A stretch of DNA of 54,459 nucleotides, counting the filler, from Basidiobolus ranarum (lineage: Eukaryota): the NCBI GenBank assembly GCA_040143965.1. It is 3 parts of 3 records of this genome, joined end to end, with 100 filler letters (N's around TTAATTAATTAA, not from the genome) between each part and the next. Parts side by side here need not be neighbours in the genome. Positions count along the whole stretch, not along the records: positions 36,441 to 54,459 come from JASJQH010007160.1; 2 more parts are not named here. The stretch is one strand, 5' to 3'. A model generated the notes under the pieces. That model made no database searches. It saw only the letters and a program-made list of their open reading frames with translations, and had not been told where the DNA came from. A program made the translations under genes and the position numbers. Within the stretch, counting starts at the first letter, position 1, and every line of letters starts with the position of its first letter. Positions 49,507-54,459 of this stretch are shown piece after piece.

Positions 49507-50319
49507 CTATGTAGAACCTTTTAGGAATGACCCTGCGAATCTTTCCTTGGCTGTTTGATAAGCTTGTAATAGAGTTTGATCGGTCAGAGCACTATCGAAC
49601 ATATCCTGAGTTCCACGTTTGGATACTCGGCTCACAATTAGATCTGGGTCAACTTCCAATACGATACTGTACAGCGAAAATGAAACTTCATTAAACTCTA
49701 TGGTTATAGATAATTTCATAAGGAATTAGTTACCCATCATCTATACATTCATCCAAGGCTAGAGTCACCAGGTCATAGTGATCTAAAATACTACGCTTCT
49801 CAAGTTGTTGTCTGTGAAGAGTATTTAGTTATCAAAATTATGAAGAGATGGAAATTTTAAGATTATTACCCTAGAAGTAAACTTAACGCCTCATAATATC
49901 CATTCAAAACTGTACTAAGAAGTAACTCGTTTTCGTCAGCACTTCCTACTAAGTAAAAGAAAACATCTACTGAGCTTCGATAAATCACCACTTGTCCGTC
50001 TAGCAAGATGATTTCACCTGAGAATAATATTGAATTTAAAATAATATTGAATATAGAATAATATTGAATATAAAATAGTCCATTTAGACAGAGTTTACTA
50101 TAAAGTAACAAAACCCCCTTCCCAAACGATAAACTTATCAACATAATACTAACCATTGTTACGTCTAGTTTTTTCGAACAAAGTCTTCTCAAAACGATGT
50201 TGATCCTTTAACTTTGGAAAATCGGAGGAACTACTTTTATAATATTTGGCTAATATACGTTTCCCCTCTGAGTCAAGTAATATCAACGCTTTGGTGGTGT
50301 ATAAAGTTAGGTTGTTCAT
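49507..50319 (-). CDS. RET3: Coatomer subunit zeta (4 exons)
   Basis: LYTTKALILLDSEGKRILAKYY, FEKTLFEKT, DVFFYLVGSADENELLL, LEKRSILDHYDLVTLALDE..DDG/IVLEVDP, AYQTAKE. Confidence 0.95.
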
Positions 50320-51411
50320 GATCTTTATGGGTCTTGTACGAATAAAGAAGTGTTGGTGGCTTACCATGTTACTTCCTCCCTAATCATGACAAAACAGTCC
50401 AATGTACGTTGTGTAACCTTAATGGCATGTTGTCCAGTGATTGGTTGGATCGTATGGATTCATCATCTCTTCAACCTCCCTCACTACTAATGCACAAATC
50501 AGTGAAAGCATAACAATCTGAAGGAATATCGTAAACAAATCATGGATTTTATAACCACAGTTGAGATTCCATCAACCGGGAAGATAACCATACAAATCCT
50601 TCGCAGTTGGTGAATTAAAGTCACCAGAACTACAATTTGGAAGAGTAATTCATATTCACTATCTTGTAAGTATAGCCGATTCTCACAAAAAATATTCTCG
50701 ACGCATGAAGAACAAATGTTACTCAAAGAAATCCATTTATGGCATCTTACAAGCTTCAAGCATAAATGAAAGTCATCCAAAATACTTGAAAATGATCTAT
50801 CCACCCCGCGAAAAATTACAAGTAACGTTGCTACCCAGATGATGATACCCTTGTTGGGAGTGAAAGACGACCTTGAGATGATCGTAGTTACCCACGTAGT
50901 ACTGCTATAACTGAATTTGGCAACATGAGCTCTCTTGTGTTCCTTGACTCAAAGCTGATATTTTCAAATCAACGAAACTAATAGAACGAATAACCAATTT
51001 TGGAGTTTACCACAGTAACATACCAACGCATGTCACTCTATTCACAAGAATTAAAATGATGTTTCTTTCAAGGGACTTGATGATGTTTCTGTCATAATCT
51101 CACTAGGGTAAAGTAAGGATCTACGTACCCAAGTGACAATTCAAGGCTCTCTTAGACCAATTTAGGAATCTCACTAGAGAAGGCCGAAATTAGCTAAACG
51201 ATTTAACATTTCTAGTACTGATATTCATAATTAAATTATCAACTGGTTATGGTCAACTGGTTATGGGATGACAAAGTAAAGTTATAAGGTTAAATTTGTA
51301 TATTCGTCGAATAACATCAAGAGAGTCTTCATAGTATACCATAATACGTGCTCAATAAAGAAACTTATTTCTAACTCAGATTCTTAATATTGTGAATGTT
51401 AGGTAGACCGT

Positions 51412-51437
51412 AAGTGAGGAAGTGAGGAAGTGAGGAA
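51412..51437 (+). repeat. Short tandem repeat (AGTGAGGA)x3 upstream of the chitinase
   Basis: Read directly from the sequence. Confidence 0.8.
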
Positions 51438-51689
51438 TACTGATCATGAACTAAAATCTCCTAACCAAACTGTCGCACCACATGACTCCCAAGTACTTAC
51501 CAAATACTCTCAAAGAAACTGGAATGGCAAAATATCTTGAGCAATGAGGTACAAGTGTGTAGAATGAACAGGTGGATGTAAAGCGTGAGATAGAGAGAGT
51601 CTGCGTTAGAGTAGATATAAAAGGGCTTCAAGTCGAGTTAGAAAGGCTATCAAATTAGTTACTTCCATTTCTGATACCAATACATCGAA

Positions 51690-53420
51690 ATGCTTACCTC
51701 CCGCTTGTTTGCGCTTTCTAGTGTTCTTGCCAGCTTTGCTCTAGTTTCCGCTTATGATGAAAGCTGCAATAATAATTTCGTCACTTACTGGGGTCAGAAC
51801 TCCTATGGTATCGGGACACCAGACAAGACTAAATGGGAAAAGACTGTCAGGGGTTACTGTGAAGATGATACTGTTGATGTTATCAACATGGCCTTTTTAC
51901 ACGTTTTCAACTCTGGCACCAACAAGCTACCAGAGATCAATCTTTCTTACCACTGTGATTCCACTTTCTTCCCTGGGACTTCCCTCTTAAGTTGCCCTGA
52001 TATCGGAGAAGATATCAAGTATTGTCAATCCAAGGGCAAAAAAGTGATCATGTCATTGGGTGGTGCGGCAGGTTCCTATGGATTTAGCAATGACGCTGAT
52101 GCAACTAAATTCTCAAAGACCGTTTGGGATCTTTTCTTGGGAGGATCTTCCACCACTCGTCCATTCGGCTCAGCCGTTCTTGACGGTGTGGACTTGGATA
52201 TTGAAGGTGGTGGTACCGTTGGATATGCAGCTTTGATCAATGGCCTTCGTAGTTACTATAGTCAGGATGCAAGCAAAAAGTACTACATTACAGGTGCACC
52301 CCAATGCCCTTTCCCAGACGCTTTCCTAGGATCCGCATTAAACAGCGCCTGGTTCGATATGGTCTTCGTCCAATTCTACAACAATTACTGCGGTGCTAGT
52401 AATTCAGCTCAATTCAACTTTGATACTTGGCATAATTGGGCAACTACTAAATCAGTGAACAAGAATGTGAAGATTTACCTAGGTGTCCCAGGCTCAGCAA
52501 GATCGGCCAGTTCAGGATATGTCCCTGCTTCCCAACTTACTAGTATCATAAAGGATACTAGAAGTAAATACTCCTCATTTGGTGGAGTAATGACCTGGGA
52601 TGCATCTACCTCCGATATGAACACCGATGGTGGCTCAAGCTTTGCCAAACAAGTCAAGCAGCAGTTGAAATCTGGAGCCACCTGTAATGGCAACCCTGGT
52701 ACCACTGTACCTCCAACCTCCACTGCGACTACCATATCAAAGTCGACCACTACTACCGCCACTACTACCAACACTAATACCAATACCAGCACTAAACCAT
52801 CAACCACTAGCACTGCTACTACTTCCCCTACACAAACACCTACCCCAGACCCCAACTGCCCAGTTGCAGGAGGAAGCTGCACTGGAAACCAAATGGGTTG
52901 TAACGGATATAATTTCGGTAGATGCGATAACGGCAAGTGGACATTGAGCCCATGCAGCACCGACAAGTCACTCTACTGTGTCAAAGGCGCTTCCGGTGTG
53001 TACTGTGACTGGACTAACGGTAAGGATGTTCAGAGCTGCAGTGCCACTACCCTTCGTAAGAGAGCTCCAGAGCCAAACACTGAAGTAAAGAATGCCTTAA
53101 TTGACTTTGTTCGTGGAGATGCAACTACCGCTACCGAGTTCACCACATTGGTCCGTATTCGTACTACTGACAAGGCCTTCTCCAATCAATGGAAAGCCGA
53201 ATTCGCCCTTCCAGCTGGACAAAATGTCACCGCAACTACTCGTGGTACCTTCACCCAACAAGGATCAGTCGTCACCGTTGTAAGTGATGCTTCCAAGGAA
53301 CCTGAACTTAACATGGCAATTTTGTTTGAAATTAAGGGTAAACAAGCCAACGAACTTCGCGCATCTACCAAGTTTGTTCAACCAGTTACCCCACAATTCT
53401 GGGATCTCGGATCAGCTTAA
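51690..53420 (+). CDS. GH18 class III (Cts1-like) secreted chitinase with Thr-rich linker, CBM19-like Cys domain and post-Kex2 C-terminal domain
   Basis: Signal peptide, YWGQN, SLGG, catalytic DGVDLDIE, APQCPFPD, VQFYNN, GGVMTWDAS. Cys-rich module. LRKR at about 53052-53063. Intronless. TATAAAA at 51616-51622. Confidence 0.95.
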   Translation: MLTSRLFALSSVLASFALVSAYDESCNNNFVTYWGQNSYGIGTPDKTKWEKTVRGYCEDDTVDVINMAFLHVFNSGTNKLPEINLSYHCDSTFFPGTSLLSCPDIGEDIKYCQSKGKKVIMSLGGAAGSYGFSNDADATKFSKTVWDLFLGGSSTTRPFGSAVLDGVDLDIEGGGTVGYAALINGLRSYYSQDASKKYYITGAPQCPFPDAFLGSALNSAWFDMVFVQFYNNYCGASNSAQFNFDTWHNWATTKSVNKNVKIYLGVPGSARSASSGYVPASQLTSIIKDTRSKYSSFGGVMTWDASTSDMNTDGGSSFAKQVKQQLKSGATCNGNPGTTVPPTSTATTISKSTTTTATTTNTNTNTSTKPSTTSTATTSPTQTPTPDPNCPVAGGSCTGNQMGCNGYNFGRCDNGKWTLSPCSTDKSLYCVKGASGVYCDWTNGKDVQSCSATTLRKRAPEPNTEVKNALIDFVRGDATTATEFTTLVRIRTTDKAFSNQWKAEFALPAGQNVTATTRGTFTQQGSVVTVVSDASKEPELNMAILFEIKGKQANELRASTKFVQPVTPQFWDLGSA

Positions 53421-53827
53421 GTTATAACTTTAGCTATGACTACTATGACCACAACGAATGTTACATCACTGATGAATAAATAACTGAGTATTTTCAGCCT
53501 TAAGTTTTTCTTTGATTAGAACCATTTTTCACATATGACTTCATTTCAAACATTGAGAGTGAAATCATTCTTCACACGAAGAACAAAATTAAGAACAAAA
53601 TTGGAATCTATATCTATATATTAATGATAATAGTAATAATAATAACCATGACAATGGAATGAACATTGCATAAGGTAGAGTGAACATGATTGAAATTTTT
53701 CTTCGTTAAAACCCAATATGATTTCTAAATGAGGAACTAAAGAACAATCAAGAGTGTGGATGGCAAAAGAATATAGATATATATATGTACAAGGAATCTT
53801 TTCTAAAAAGAAGTATCACCGGGATTA

Positions 53828-54459
53828 TTACAAATTTGATGGGATAGATTCCGTATGAGAATAACTTGGTAGATTTTCCCCTTTTGAAATGAATAACCTT
53901 CTTAACCAAGCGATCTAATTGATGAAAATTTCACATGAATCAATAACAATTCAAGAATCAACCTATTCATTAATAATGACTTACCTCGTTCTCCAACATA
54001 CTAACTTTATCCAAAGCGCTCTGCTTTTCTGCCTTTACTTGATTTAACTCGTTGGTTAACTGAGATAATTGGTTAGTGAATGGATTTCCTTGTTCTAATT
54101 CTTTCACTTTTTCTTCAAGTAATTGGCATTTTTCTAAAGCTTCTTTTTCTCTTTGCTTTCTACGGTCTCGAAATTTCGCTGAAGCAGTGGCATTCCGACG
54201 TCGTTTTTCTTCAAGTATCTTCCCTGCGTGCTCTTCGTAAGAAGAATGCCCATTGGAGGAAAGGTGTGGATATGGATAATATCTACTAGTACCGGTCGGA
54301 TTAGGTGGTGGAGAAGCCGGACTGGGATATGGTTGAACGAGCCTTGGAGGTGCAGTGGTATGAATGGAGTTTGCTGTAGAAGTTACCTTGGGTAAGATAG
54401 ATATGTGTTTACCACTAATATCGGGGGAAGCTTTAGATATAGTGGGTTGCATCAAGTAG
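53828..54459 (-). CDS. bZIP transcription factor, MetR/CYS-3/Zip1-like basic region; 5' end probably outside the window
   Basis: EEKRRRNATASAKFRDRRKQRE plus leucine zipper. Intron 53984-53915, last exon IAWLRRLF...NL*. Frame is open to the window edge. Confidence 0.85.

Noticed and set aside
1-54459. Prokaryotic-type systems (CRISPR array, operon, prophage), selenoprotein or readthrough genes, secondary-metabolite cluster
   Set aside because: No repeat-spacer array, no in-frame TGA in any reconstructed gene, no TGA-CTA readthrough context at the stops I checked, and no backbone biosynthetic enzymes. Neighbouring genes are functionally unrelated.

Overview
Eukaryotic, intron-rich, AT-rich genomic scaffold from an early-diverging fungus. 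Short GT-AG introns, CTAAC/CTGAC-type branch points and the gene content point to Zoopagomycota/Mucoromycota; Basidiobolus is a plausible inference only. Three contigs are joined by N-gaps carrying an artificial TTAATTAATTAA spacer (18125-18224, 36341-36440). About 25 protein-coding genes can be reconstructed by manual splicing. Housekeeping genes: PRS5-like PRPP synthetase, VMA7, STI1, SAP18, ARMC8/Gid5, MRPL20, RPN1, VAMP7 (cut by gap), RPS2 (cut by gap), YME2, UBC7, GPI8, RET3, a TLC-domain protein and two RasGAPs. Transport and regulators: a PILS/ECM3-like transporter, a Myb fragment and a bZIP factor. Secreted or cell-wall genes: a small orphan secreted protein, two Kre9/Knh1-N-domain proteins, a bacterial-type CAP protein and a GH18 chitinase. 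No tRNA, rRNA, CRISPR array or intact mobile element is supported. The most notable items, mostly invisible in the ORF track, are: (1) a 5-exon double-CDGSH [2Fe-2S] (CISD3/NEET-type) gene with no targeting peptide and an extra Cys/His tail; (2) a PRPP synthetase whose catalytic-loop Arg is lost, a candidate pseudoenzyme; (3) a minimal R3HCC1-like protein; (4) a GPI8 with no evident signal peptide; (5) a uORF abutting the TLC gene. I see no clear multi-gene novel system; the candidates are single-gene novelties. All family calls come from motif recognition, not database searches.
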